A stretch of DNA of 63,976 nt, filler included, from a candidate division WOR-3 bacterium (GTDB lineage Bacteria > SDB-A): assembly GCA_016934535.1 (NCBI GenBank). It is 4 parts of 4 records of this genome, joined end to end, with 100 filler letters (N's around TTAATTAATTAA, not from the genome) between each part and the next. Parts side by side here need not be neighbours in the genome. Positions count along the whole stretch, not along the records: positions 1 to 29,932 come from JAFGSQ010000026.1; positions 30,033 to 39,819 come from JAFGSQ010000027.1; 2 more parts are not named here. One strand, written 5' to 3'. Made by a program: the position numbers and the translations under genes. Numbering within the stretch: position 1 is the first letter of the stretch; each line of letters starts with the position of its first letter. Below, piece after piece: positions 21,627 through 31,338 of this stretch. The notes under the pieces were generated by a model, which did not search any database, was not told the DNA's origin, and saw only the letters and a list, made by a program, of their open reading frames with translations.

Positions 21627-21754
21627 TTTTCCTCCTTTGTAATTTCCTGCTCTCATATTATGAGCGGGTTTTTAAAACCAATCAGATCCCGATCCAATTA
21701 TACTCCCGTCGGAAAGGTTTTCCATGTTTTATTCCGAACGGGGACCGGGATGTC

Positions 21755-21900
21755 TCAGAATTTTTTGATTCTGCCATGGCAATAAGGCGTTTTACCTGTT
21801 TTCAGATAATATTCCTGATGATTATTTTCAACCGGAAGGAACTTGTCTGCCTGAGTTAATTCAGTGACTACTTTGAGCCCTCTGCTTTTCGCCAACGTAA
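21755..21900 (-). pseudogene. msrA: C-terminal remnant of peptide-methionine sulfoxide reductase MsrA
   Basis: KVVTELTQADKFLPVENNHQEYYLKTGKTPYCH resembles the MsrA C-terminus (VTE...F..AE.YHQ.Y...PYCH); no GCFW N-terminal part. Confidence 0.65.
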
Positions 21901-22018
21901 AAAACTGCTGATTTGTATTGATACTAAACGCCGGAGGCCTGTATTTCATTATGACCTTCGAATATTAATTAAGATATTTCGTAATGAAATTATGGCAAGG
22001 TCGTATTAAAATCTTACC

Positions 22019-25000
22019 ATGAATAGCGTTTCCCCCGAAAAAAGCATTTTGTCTTCTGTACCCGATTTTATTTTGGACAGATATAAAACAGGAAAATATT
22101 CCGGAAGCTTTGAAGGAGCAGTATTTTACGCAGATATAAGTGATTTCACTAAAATAACTGAAACACTTATGAAAAGAGGGAAGAAAGGCGCCGAGGAATT
22201 GAGTTCCATTCTCAACAGATTTTTCGGACCTTTAATCAACGGAATATATTCCGTAAAAGGATTTGTCTCTTGTCTTGAAGGAGATTCTATCATAGCCGTT
22301 TTCCCTTCTTTATACTGTGAAAAAGCTAAAGTTGCCGACACCGTGATTAATGCCTACAATAAATTTTCCAAAATCAAACCGCAGGGTCTTAAAAAAGTAA
22401 GCCGAGGTATTTTCGTCAAAGCTGGATTCTCCTATGGGAAGATTGACTGGCAGATTGTGCATAAGCATTCTCAATATGCTTATTTTTTCATGGGTGAAGC
22501 CGTGTCAGGAGCCATATCAGCCGGAAGCAATTTCCGTGAAAATGAAATCCGCTTCGACAAAGGCGGAAAAGATGATTTGTCATTAGGGAAAGCGGACTTT
22601 GTCAGTTGCAGGTATAAAAAGAACTTGCATGACTCTGCATTACCGGTAGTAGAAGATAACAACAGGCAAGACGACGTTTTGAGAGAGATGTTCTTGTCTC
22701 ACATGTTACGAGGTAGAGTATTTAAAAATGAATTCAGAGACGTCATAACTTGTTTCATTTCTCCGCATAAGGGAGTGGAAATTTCGGAATTTGTAGGCAC
22801 GGTGTCGAGACTTTCGGAAAAGTACAGTTGTTACGCGAGATTCAGTTACGGCGATAAAGGTGTTGTTTCCGTTACGGTCTTCGGCGCTCCGGTTAGAATG
22901 GAGGATTCATTTGAAAGAGCGTGCGGCTTTGCGTCCGAATTGTCGAAGACAGGTCTCTATAAAATCGGTTTGACGTACGGATCGGCTTTTGCAGGTATTA
23001 TAGGAAATAATACGAGAGCCGAATACGTTGTTCTCGGAGAGAAGGTCAATCTGGCTGCCCGGTTGATGTCGCATGCTAAAGCGCGAGAGATCTTCATAGA
23101 TTTCGATTTATCAGATGCAGCAAAAGAAAGTTATAGTTTTAATTACCGCGGAGAAGAGTTTTTCAAAGGCTTTCACGATCCTTGCAAGTATTATGTTTTA
23201 AAAAAGAAAAAGTACGAGAAAAAAACAGAAAGAATCGAGCTGACGGGAATGAAAAAAGAGGTTTTAAAACTTACGGACGAACTGAAAAAATTTTCACACG
23301 AAAAAAATTTTCGAGTAATCAGTATTTTCGGCGACGCGGGCGCTGGAAAAACCGTTTTAATAAAAAAGTCACTCGAAAAAGCTGGAGTCGAAGATGCGGT
23401 TTTCATATCGCCTGAATTTTCTAATTTCGAAGATTTCGGCGTTGTATCGAAATTTTACGAATCAATTTTTATCGGCAAAACAGAAAACAAAAAGTTCGGA
23501 AAAAAACTGTTTAATAAAAAATTCTCAGATTATGTTCAAATTACAACAAAAAACCCGGACAAATCCACAGCTTCGGAGCGGCAAGATGAACTGTCAAGGG
23601 CAAAACCTTTAATATCATATTTTGTTTCATCCCCTGACAATAAATCTTTCATCGAAAAACTGAATTACAAAACCATGCGCGAAGAAACAATCAGGGCAAC
23701 GGCGGCCGTTTTAAAGTCTTTTTGCCTGCATAAACCTTCGGTTTTAGTAATAGATGACGCTCATAACCTGGACGAACAGTCAAAAGAAGTGTTTTCAGAA
23801 GCCTTGGAAAAAGCCGGTAATCTGTCTCTTTGTCTGATTTTATGTTCGAGGTACGCAGGAGACGGATCCAGAAAAATGATTTTTAAAACCTTAAAGGGCA
23901 AAAGGACTCTGATAGATGTGAAAAGACTTACTCCGGCAGAGATTTCTGACTTGGCCGAAAAATTTTTTAGTTTAAAACTTTCGAAGCAATTTTCCTCATA
24001 CCTTTTCAATACTACACGCGGAAATCCTTATTTTCTGGCTACTTACTGCGATTTTCTCAAAAAAAGCGGTCTTTTCGAGACCAGGGACAATAAAGCTTAT
24101 CTGAAAAAAGAAACGCAGAATCTTCCAGGCAGTATAAAAGACGTCATTATCGCTAAAATTGACAGGCTGGAAAACGATGCCAAGGATATTCTTTTTTCTT
24201 GCTCGGTGTTCAGAAAAAGAATTGAAGTGTCAATACTCTCCGATATTCATAAAGTCAGGCGAAACCGCATTTATGGGCTTTTAGAAGAGTTGACCGAGAA
24301 AGGATTTCTTTTCGCTAAAGGCCGAAAAGAAGTAGGATTCCAGAGTGATATAGTTTCCAAAGCAGTCTACGGAATGATGCTCGAATCCGAAATTGCTCGC
24401 CGGCACTCCGCTGCGGCAAGATGCATTCAAGATAAATACGGAGAAAAAAAGAACTATTTTGAAGAGATTGCCTATCATTTGGACAAAGCGAATGATTTAA
24501 GAAATTCCGCTGAATATTTCGTAAAAGCGGCGCGTTACGACAAAGAAAGATTATTTTACAAAAGAGCCGTTGAACTGTATTCAAAAGCGAAAACGAATCT
24601 GAGCAGGCAGAAAGATCCCATAAAAACAGTTATGATAAATCTGGAATTGTCGGAGATTCATTCGAAAGCCGGAGAGATTTTGTTGTCGAAAAAGAATCTC
24701 TTGGAGAACATTAAGATCTGTAAAAAAGTTACCGAAAAAGAAAAAAAAGCGTCCTTGGACAGAAAAACAGCTGAAGATTTGCTTTTCAAAACGTATTATT
24801 CACTCGGGGATGATTACATCGTCCAAGGAAAATACGTCAAGGCAATTGAGACTGCAAAACTTTCTTTGAAAATCGCTAAAAAACCATATTACAGACAAAA
24901 TAAGCACAAATCCTACAATCTTCTCGGCAGGATCTTCTACTACAAAAATAATTACGCAAAAGCGCTGTATTATTACAAGAAAAGCATAGGGTCAATGATA

Positions 25001-25984
25001 AGTTCCGGCAGTTCAGGTGATGACCCGAGAATTTTTATGAATATAGCCAACGTTTATTCTGAAACAGGGGATTACGACAAAGCTATTAGTTACTACAGGA
25101 AAAGCCAGAGGATTTCAGAAAAGCAGGGCGACAGGATTACAGTTTCTAACATCAAATTCAACACCGCTTACCTGTATTATGAGAAAAAAAATTATAAAAA
25201 ATCTCTCAGATATTTTAACGAATGTCTTGCGTTTTGCAGGAAATTCAAACTGCATTCGATTTTAGCTAAAACCTCTCTGAATATCGGGTTGCTGTATATG
25301 GATTTGCGCGATTTCAGAAAATCAAGAAGATGCTTTTCGGAAAGCCTTAAGCTCAACAGAAAAATTGACGACCCACTCGAAACATCGAGAGTCTTGAACA
25401 ATATAGGATCATTGCTGATTGAAAAGCAGGATTATAAATCTGCGGAAAAATATTTCAAGGAAGCTCTTGATATAAAAGACAGGATAGGAGACGAAAAAGG
25501 CAAAGGTATATTGCTTGGAAATCTTGGGAAAATGCATACTCAAATGAAAAATTACAAAGAAGCCGAAAAGTATCTATCGGAGTCTGCCGAAATTTTCAGG
25601 AAATTGGGAGTAAAATTTCTTTTAGCGACGGTGCTCGTATACAAACTGGAGTTGCATTCATTACGTGGAGACCGAACATTCCCTGAAAAAACAGTTGCTG
25701 AAGCCATGTCGCTCGCCCGCAGGTTGAAAAATGAATCGCTCAAAAAGAAAATTGAAAATTTTTCAGTAATCTTCAATGAGATAGTGCGAAGAGCCCGTGA
25801 CCCTGAAGACTTCTTTGTGAGAGGTCTCTCCGAGGAGCATTTTTGCCGCCGCCGCCTCTCGCAGGGATCTCATTCCGTTTTTCTTTGCCTCGGACCTGAT
25901 AAGATTGAGGCTTTCTCCAATAACTATGAACTTCCGTATTTCAGGAGTGATTTTGAGAATTTCGAAAATACCTGTTCTGTATAA
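22019..25984 (+). CDS. Class III adenylate/guanylate cyclase-AAA ATPase-TPR multidomain protein
   Basis: FYADISDFT, EGDS, GDKG and VNLAARL cyclase motifs; Walker A GDAGAGKT; IDDAH; GNPYFL; C-terminal TPR array. Confidence 0.9.
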   Translation: MNSVSPEKSILSSVPDFILDRYKTGKYSGSFEGAVFYADISDFTKITETLMKRGKKGAEELSSILNRFFGPLINGIYSVKGFVSCLEGDSIIAVFPSLYCEKAKVADTVINAYNKFSKIKPQGLKKVSRGIFVKAGFSYGKIDWQIVHKHSQYAYFFMGEAVSGAISAGSNFRENEIRFDKGGKDDLSLGKADFVSCRYKKNLHDSALPVVEDNNRQDDVLREMFLSHMLRGRVFKNEFRDVITCFISPHKGVEISEFVGTVSRLSEKYSCYARFSYGDKGVVSVTVFGAPVRMEDSFERACGFASELSKTGLYKIGLTYGSAFAGIIGNNTRAEYVVLGEKVNLAARLMSHAKAREIFIDFDLSDAAKESYSFNYRGEEFFKGFHDPCKYYVLKKKKYEKKTERIELTGMKKEVLKLTDELKKFSHEKNFRVISIFGDAGAGKTVLIKKSLEKAGVEDAVFISPEFSNFEDFGVVSKFYESIFIGKTENKKFGKKLFNKKFSDYVQITTKNPDKSTASERQDELSRAKPLISYFVSSPDNKSFIEKLNYKTMREETIRATAAVLKSFCLHKPSVLVIDDAHNLDEQSKEVFSEALEKAGNLSLCLILCSRYAGDGSRKMIFKTLKGKRTLIDVKRLTPAEISDLAEKFFSLKLSKQFSSYLFNTTRGNPYFLATYCDFLKKSGLFETRDNKAYLKKETQNLPGSIKDVIIAKIDRLENDAKDILFSCSVFRKRIEVSILSDIHKVRRNRIYGLLEELTEKGFLFAKGRKEVGFQSDIVSKAVYGMMLESEIARRHSAAARCIQDKYGEKKNYFEEIAYHLDKANDLRNSAEYFVKAARYDKERLFYKRAVELYSKAKTNLSRQKDPIKTVMINLELSEIHSKAGEILLSKKNLLENIKICKKVTEKEKKASLDRKTAEDLLFKTYYSLGDDYIVQGKYVKAIETAKLSLKIAKKPYYRQNKHKSYNLLGRIFYYKNNYAKALYYYKKSIGSMISSGSSGDDPRIFMNIANVYSETGDYDKAISYYRKSQRISEKQGDRITVSNIKFNTAYLYYEKKNYKKSLRYFNECLAFCRKFKLHSILAKTSLNIGLLYMDLRDFRKSRRCFSESLKLNRKIDDPLETSRVLNNIGSLLIEKQDYKSAEKYFKEALDIKDRIGDEKGKGILLGNLGKMHTQMKNYKEAEKYLSESAEIFRKLGVKFLLATVLVYKLELHSLRGDRTFPEKTVAEAMSLARRLKNESLKKKIENFSVIFNEIVRRARDPEDFFVRGLSEEHFCRRRLSQGSHSVFLCLGPDKIEAFSNNYELPYFRSDFENFENTCSV

Positions 25985-27520
25985 AAAACCGGTTCCCCTG
26001 CACTGAACACAGCCTTTTCCGATTTTGACGCCTGCCGTGGAGAGTTGGTTCTTTTCGATTTCCAGCGCTTCAACCGCATCCGGGGGAAGATTAAAACTTT
26101 CAGAGCAGAACTGGCAGTTTTTTCTTATAAGCCTTTGCGCTATTACACCAATGAGAGTGCTCGACAAAAGGAATTTCGGAACACCGAGGTTGACCATTCT
26201 CGAAATTGCCGAAGGGGCGTCAATCGTGTGGAGAGTAGAAAACACGAGATGGCCGGTTAAAGCCGCCTGAATTGCGTATTCAGCGGTTTCTTTGTCCCTT
26301 ATTTCTCCGACCATAATTATGTCAGGGTCCTGCCTGAGAACGTTGCGAAGGGCATTGGCGAAGCTTATTCCGGATTTGTTGTCTATAGGTATCTGATTGA
26401 AATCTTCGTAGACGAGTTCGACGGGATCTTCTATGGTCACAATGTTGACTTCCGGTTTTGAAAGCTCTCTTAGAAGAGAATAGAGGCTTGTTGTTTTTCC
26501 GCTTCCTGTCGGTCCTGTAAGCAAGATTATCCCTTCGTTGTGCCCCAGGAATTCCCTGACGAGCGACATGTCGTCGTCGAAAAATCCCAGATCTCCTATG
26601 TTCTGCAGAAGTACGTCGGGGTCGAATATTCTCATAACTACTTTTTCTCCGAATACTGTCGGGACCGTGGAAATTCTTATTTCCAGTTCGTTGTCTTTGT
26701 ATTTCTTTTTAATTCTTCCGTCCTGAGGTATTCTCTTTTGGGAAATGTCGAGTCCGGAAAGAATTTTGACTCTCGACACGATGGCGGAGTGTACAATGTT
26801 CGGTATTACGTGAACGTCGTGAAGAACACCGTCAATTCTCATTCTGACTAAAGAGAGGTTTCTTTTCGGTTCGATGTGAATGTCCGAAGCTCTTTGTTCA
26901 AATGCGTAGGAGAACAGATTGTCTACTGCCGTGACGACGGGTTTTATGTCGGGTTGGACTTCGATGTCAGTCTGACTCAGGTATTCTTTGTTGAAAATAT
27001 TTTTGGACTCGAGGGTGCCCGAACGCAGAAGAGTTTCAGCGGCTTTTAAAGCCGAGTGGAAGGAAAAAAATCCCTCAATAATTTTTTCGACGTCGGAAGG
27101 CTTGGCCATAACAAAATTCAATTTAATGTGAAGTTGATTTTCGAGGTCGTCTCTGAGCTTCAAAACCGAGGGCTCGCAGAAAGCAACAGTCAGGCTGTCT
27201 CCTTCGCGCGATAGAGGCACTATTTTGTTGTGTTTGGAAAATTTCTGAGGAATGGCTCCTGTAACTATTTCCAGGTCGAGTGTGAGGGGGTCGATGTGTA
27301 TGAAAGGAGCGCCAAGTAATTCGGCTAAATTTTCATAAACTACGTCTTCGGAGATTGCTTTGGTGGAGACGAGCGAGGTAAGAACATCCTGACCCGATAT
27401 TTTGGAATGTCTTTCCATTTTTTCAAGATATTCCTTCTTTATGATTTTTTTTGACTGGAGAAGTTCGATCAGTTTTTCGGTTATCTGAGTTTCGGTCAGT
27501 GATAGAATATCTTCATTCAT
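25763..27520 (-). CDS. GspE/PilB family type II secretion/type IV pilus assembly ATPase
   Basis: ASDIHIEP, PQDGR, GPTGSGKTT, TIEDPVE, LRQDPDIIMVGEIRD and tetracysteine Zn motif. Confidence 0.93.
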   Translation of the reverse strand: MNEDILSLTETQITEKLIELLQSKKIIKKEYLEKMERHSKISGQDVLTSLVSTKAISEDVVYENLAELLGAPFIHIDPLTLDLEIVTGAIPQKFSKHNKIVPLSREGDSLTVAFCEPSVLKLRDDLENQLHIKLNFVMAKPSDVEKIIEGFFSFHSALKAAETLLRSGTLESKNIFNKEYLSQTDIEVQPDIKPVVTAVDNLFSYAFEQRASDIHIEPKRNLSLVRMRIDGVLHDVHVIPNIVHSAIVSRVKILSGLDISQKRIPQDGRIKKKYKDNELEIRISTVPTVFGEKVVMRIFDPDVLLQNIGDLGFFDDDMSLVREFLGHNEGIILLTGPTGSGKTTSLYSLLRELSKPEVNIVTIEDPVELVYEDFNQIPIDNKSGISFANALRNVLRQDPDIIMVGEIRDKETAEYAIQAALTGHLVFSTLHTIDAPSAISRMVNLGVPKFLLSSTLIGVIAQRLIRKNCQFCSESFNLPPDAVEALEIEKNQLSTAGVKIGKGCVQCRGTGFLYRTGIFEILKITPEIRKFIVIGESLNLIRSEAKKNGMRSLREAAAAKMLLGETSHKEVFRVTGSSHYLIEDY

Positions 27521-28356
27521 AACTTGTCTATTTCATCCGCTTCTTCCGGCTGAAGGCGGACAGTTTCCTTTTCCGACGGAAAATTGCCCGATCTGACATC
27601 TTCGATATATTTCGAAGCGGCCCCTGATATGGTTTCGCCTATTTCCGCGTATTTTCTAGCGAATCTCGGAATGTTTTCCGGCGTCAGACCGAGCAGGTCG
27701 TTTGTGACAAGAATCTGTCCGTCGCAGGCGCCGCCGCTGCCGATTCCGATAGTCGGGATAGTGAGAGACGAAGTGATTTTTTCAGCTAACTCGAAAGGGA
27801 TAAATTCAAGAACCAAACTGAAAACACCTAAATCTTCAAGCATTTTAGCGTCGTCAACTATCATTGCCGCGTCATTGAAAGTCCTGCCTTGAACCTTGTA
27901 TCCTCCAAAGCGCGACACGGATTGCGGAGTGAGTCCGAGGTGACCCTGAACTGCCATTCCGGCAGCCAAGACAGCTTCTATCTTGTCTTTTACAACGGAG
28001 CCTCCTTCGATCTTGACGGCGTCAGCTCCGCCTTCGGCTATCAGTTTCCCGGCGTTTTTAACGGCTTTTTCCATGGAAAGCTGATACGAAAGAAACGGCA
28101 TGTCTGCTACTATGAAAGTTTCCCGGGCGCCTTTTCTTACCGCTTTGCAAAAGCGAAGGATGTCGTTCACTTTGACGCAAAGAGTGTTTTCAGAGCCGTA
28201 TACGACCATGCCGGCCGAATCTCCGACGAGTATGAAATCAACGCAGGATTTCTGAAGCCAGTTAGCCGTGCAGTAGTCATAAGCTGTGAGCGCGCAAATC
28301 TTTTTTTTTTCCAATTTGCGCTTTTTGAAATCGTGGAGCTTGAATTTGCCTTTCAA
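27517..28356 (-). CDS. panB: 3-methyl-2-oxobutanoate hydroxymethyltransferase
   Basis: LTAYD, LVGDS, DMPFLSY, VKIEGG, GHLGLTPQ and IGIGSG..CDGQILV. Confidence 0.97.
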   Translation of the reverse strand: MKGKFKLHDFKKRKLEKKKICALTAYDYCTANWLQKSCVDFILVGDSAGMVVYGSENTLCVKVNDILRFCKAVRKGARETFIVADMPFLSYQLSMEKAVKNAGKLIAEGGADAVKIEGGSVVKDKIEAVLAAGMAVQGHLGLTPQSVSRFGGYKVQGRTFNDAAMIVDDAKMLEDLGVFSLVLEFIPFELAEKITSSLTIPTIGIGSGGACDGQILVTNDLLGLTPENIPRFARKYAEIGETISGAASKYIEDVRSGNFPSEKETVRLQPEEADEIDKL

Positions 28357-28826
28357 AACGTCTTTGCGAGCGCGAAAATAGGTTTCAGTCTTTCATTGGT
28401 TGCTCTGAGTCTTTCGGCCAGAGTCCTGACCAGGACCCAAAGAATGTTAATGCCCGCGCCGGGGTATTCCTGCATGAATTCTATGAGTTTTTCTCTTTTA
28501 AAACCTATGGTTTCTGTTTCTTCTTCAGCAGTGACCGTGGCGGACCTTTTTGACGCTTCGACCAGAGCCATTTCTCCGATAATCTCTCCCGGTCCGTATA
28601 TCGCGAGAGCTTCTTCGCCGACTCCCGGGACTATCGTGGAGATTCTGACTTTACCTTTGATAATTACATACATGGAGTCGCCTTTTTCGCCTTCGTTGAA
28701 AATCGTCTCACCCTGAGAGAATATTTTCAACTTTGCTCTTTTCAGGAGTTCGATTATCTCTTCGCGGTTCAATCCTCTGAACAGGGCGACTTTTCTGAGC
28801 AAATCAATTTTTTTTTCTTCATCCAT
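28353..28826 (-). CDS. Stand-alone cyclic nucleotide-binding domain protein
   Basis: IFNEGEKGDSMYVI, GEMAL and RSATV; no HTH. Confidence 0.9.
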   Translation of the reverse strand: MDEEKKIDLLRKVALFRGLNREEIIELLKRAKLKIFSQGETIFNEGEKGDSMYVIIKGKVRISTIVPGVGEEALAIYGPGEIIGEMALVEASKRSATVTAEEETETIGFKREKLIEFMQEYPGAGINILWVLVRTLAERLRATNERLKPIFALAKTF

Positions 28827-28853
28827 GAGATTGCCCTCGTTTTTTCTGCAAAA

Positions 28854-29885
28854 TTACAATTCAGCTCTGCAGACGAGTTTTATTTTGTCTCCTTCTTTTA
28901 TTTCAGAAAGACCGTTGATTCCGAAGATGTAACCCGTTGCGGATTCGTTTTGCACGTTCAGTATCTGAATATAGCCGGAGGGTCTTTCCGGAATTATGAC
29001 TTTTGCGCCTGTTGCCGGATTTGTTACTTCCTGTGAAGGGATCAATATCTCAAAAACATCGCCTACAATGACATCGTTGTTTGAACCTATGTTGACATAG
29101 ACGAAAGATGTGTTTTTGATTGTTCCAAAATAGTTGAGTATTCTGATTATATAACCGGTGATGTTTTTGTCGGTGAGTTTCATCTGGGTATTCAGAGGGA
29201 TGGAAGGAGTTTCAAACAAGGAAACCGCTTCACCAAGTTCGATGGAATTGTCATAAATTTCCTGAATAAGGCATCGTGATACGTCGGCTTTTGTTTCGAT
29301 AACTCTCAATATACCCAAAGGATATATAATTTTTCCGAGGTCTCTGCCGGTTATGGGATCGCTGATGGAATATGTCTCTCTCTCTATCAACAGGAATTGT
29401 CCCTCGCTTATGCCTTTATTGGTTCCGGCGTCTATATAAACCTGAAAACCGGTGCTTAATTGCGGGACTTCCCTGTCGTGATAGTCGACAATATGAGCCT
29501 TTGCTCTGTATGGTTCTCTGGAAACATAACCGCACCTGAACGAGAGTTCATAAGCCACGACAGGCTGAGCGATGTCAAACAGTGATACTTGGATGGCGGG
29601 AGGAACGTCAAAAAGTTCAGGAGATGAAACAATATCTGTGATTGCCGGTATGAGAAACTTCTGACCGGGATAAATCCAATGAGGATCGCGGATCTCAGGT
29701 TTGTTGGCTTCCCAGATCACAGGCCATTTGTATGGATTTCCGAGATAATAGTGAGAAAGGTTCCACAGGCAGTCGCCCGGAGAAACTATATGATACCTTG
29801 GTTGGGTGTGAATGTTGAAATTGTCCGACATAATGCAGACAGGAATAATTGCCATCAAAAGGAAAAACTGCCACTTTTTCACCAT
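28854..29885 (-). CDS. LysM peptidoglycan-binding secreted protein
   Basis: Signal peptide; HIVSPGDCLWNLS...WPVIWEAN..IRDPHWIYPGQ LysM. Confidence 0.9.
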   Translation of the reverse strand: MVKKWQFFLLMAIIPVCIMSDNFNIHTQPRYHIVSPGDCLWNLSHYYLGNPYKWPVIWEANKPEIRDPHWIYPGQKFLIPAITDIVSSPELFDVPPAIQVSLFDIAQPVVAYELSFRCGYVSREPYRAKAHIVDYHDREVPQLSTGFQVYIDAGTNKGISEGQFLLIERETYSISDPITGRDLGKIIYPLGILRVIETKADVSRCLIQEIYDNSIELGEAVSLFETPSIPLNTQMKLTDKNITGYIIRILNYFGTIKNTSFVYVNIGSNNDVIVGDVFEILIPSQEVTNPATGAKVIIPERPSGYIQILNVQNESATGYIFGINGLSEIKEGDKIKLVCRAEL

Positions 29886-29932
29886 GGCCTCCTTTGTGCC
29901 TTTGTATAAATATATATTATATCATTTTCTTA

Positions 29933-30032
29933 NNNNNNNNNNNNNNNNNNNNNNNNNNNNNNNNNNNNNNNNNNNNTTAATTAATTAANNNNNNNNNNNN
30001 NNNNNNNNNNNNNNNNNNNNNNNNNNNNNNNN
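29933..30032. other. Artificial contig linker
   Basis: 100-nt N-run containing TTAATTAATTAA (stops in all six frames). Confidence 0.97.
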
Positions 30033-30038
30033 AATAAT

Positions 30039-31295
30039 ATGATAAAATTTATTCACGGAAAATTCATAAAAGTCATAGGCATATACGCCGGGAGCATAAA
30101 GCTCTTTTCGAGAAACGCAAAACTTTTCCTGGCTGGATCTTTCTTCGTCGGCATGGGTTTTTCGGGATTCTCGCTTCTTTTTAACTTATATCTGAAATCA
30201 ATCAGTATAGACGAAACTGGAATCGGCCACATAATCACTGCGACCACCATGGGGACTCTCCTCATGGCGATTCCGGCTTCAATATTGATAAGAAAGATAT
30301 CCATAAAGAAAATCCTTCTTCTTTCTACACCTGTGACAATTTTCACATATTTCATTCAGGTCATGGGATTCAACTACAACATGATAATCACCGGCGGGAT
30401 TCTCTCGGGAGTTTTTACTGTTTTTTTTCAAATAGCCGCCGCACCTTTTTTCATGAGGAATTCAACTCCCAAGGAAAGACCATATCTTTTCAGCATGAAT
30501 TTCGGAGCACAGCTCATAGCAGGTGTCCTCGGAAGCGTCATTGGCGGCTTATTACCGGGAATGATCGCTAAATTCGGCCTGGTTCCACACGTAACCTACC
30601 GTTATACGCTTTTTATATTCGGAGGTCTCGTCCTGGCAGCCTTGCTTCCATACCTGCTGATAAAAGAAAGTTCTGAAAAAGAAGTAAAAAACGACAGGTT
30701 CAAGTTTAAAACTGAGAAAAAAGTGATTGTAAGGTTGTTTCTCCCAAACCTCGTGACAGGTCTCGGTGCGGGTCTCAGCATACCATTTATAAATCTTTAT
30801 TTTGACGAAGTATTTTCAGCTTCGACTAAGCTTATCGGCGCAGTTTTCGCGGGTTCCCAGTTCCTGATGATTTCAGGAATACTTCTGGCTCCTTTGCTCT
30901 CTGAGAAATTTGGGAAAATCAAAACAGTAGTATCATCTCAGTTAATATCCATTCCTTTTCTGATAATCATGGGTATAACCGGAAATTTTTACTTTGCAGT
31001 AATTGCTTTTCTTGTAAGGGCTGCCCTAATGAACATGGCTCAACCTCTTTTCACCAATTACGCCATGGAAAAGGTTCATAAAGACGAACAGCCGCTGACA
31101 AACGCTTTACTAGTCATCGCCTGGACGGCAGGCAGGGGAGTCAGCGCGAGCATAGGCGGATTTCTTATCGAGAGATTTTCATACGCTCTGCCCTTTTTCA
31201 CGACGAGTGCGCTTTATCTGGTCTCAAGCCTTTTGATACTTATATTTTTTGAAATAAAACCGAAAAGGAAAGCTTCTTCAGTTACAACAACATAA
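30039..31295 (+). CDS. MFS transporter
   Basis: About 12 hydrophobic segments; FNLYL, LSEKFGK and GGFLIE MFS-like motifs. Confidence 0.9.
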   Translation: MIKFIHGKFIKVIGIYAGSIKLFSRNAKLFLAGSFFVGMGFSGFSLLFNLYLKSISIDETGIGHIITATTMGTLLMAIPASILIRKISIKKILLLSTPVTIFTYFIQVMGFNYNMIITGGILSGVFTVFFQIAAAPFFMRNSTPKERPYLFSMNFGAQLIAGVLGSVIGGLLPGMIAKFGLVPHVTYRYTLFIFGGLVLAALLPYLLIKESSEKEVKNDRFKFKTEKKVIVRLFLPNLVTGLGAGLSIPFINLYFDEVFSASTKLIGAVFAGSQFLMISGILLAPLLSEKFGKIKTVVSSQLISIPFLIIMGITGNFYFAVIAFLVRAALMNMAQPLFTNYAMEKVHKDEQPLTNALLVIAWTAGRGVSASIGGFLIERFSYALPFFTTSALYLVSSLLILIFFEIKPKRKASSVTTT

Positions 31296-31327
31296 AAGGC
31301 GACCCGAATTTTCCGGGCCGCCTTTTT
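31294..31327. terminator. Bidirectional intrinsic terminator
   Basis: AAAAGGCGACCCG...CGGGCCGCCTTTTT between convergent genes. Confidence 0.8.
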
Positions 31328-31338
31328 CTACCCCAAAA

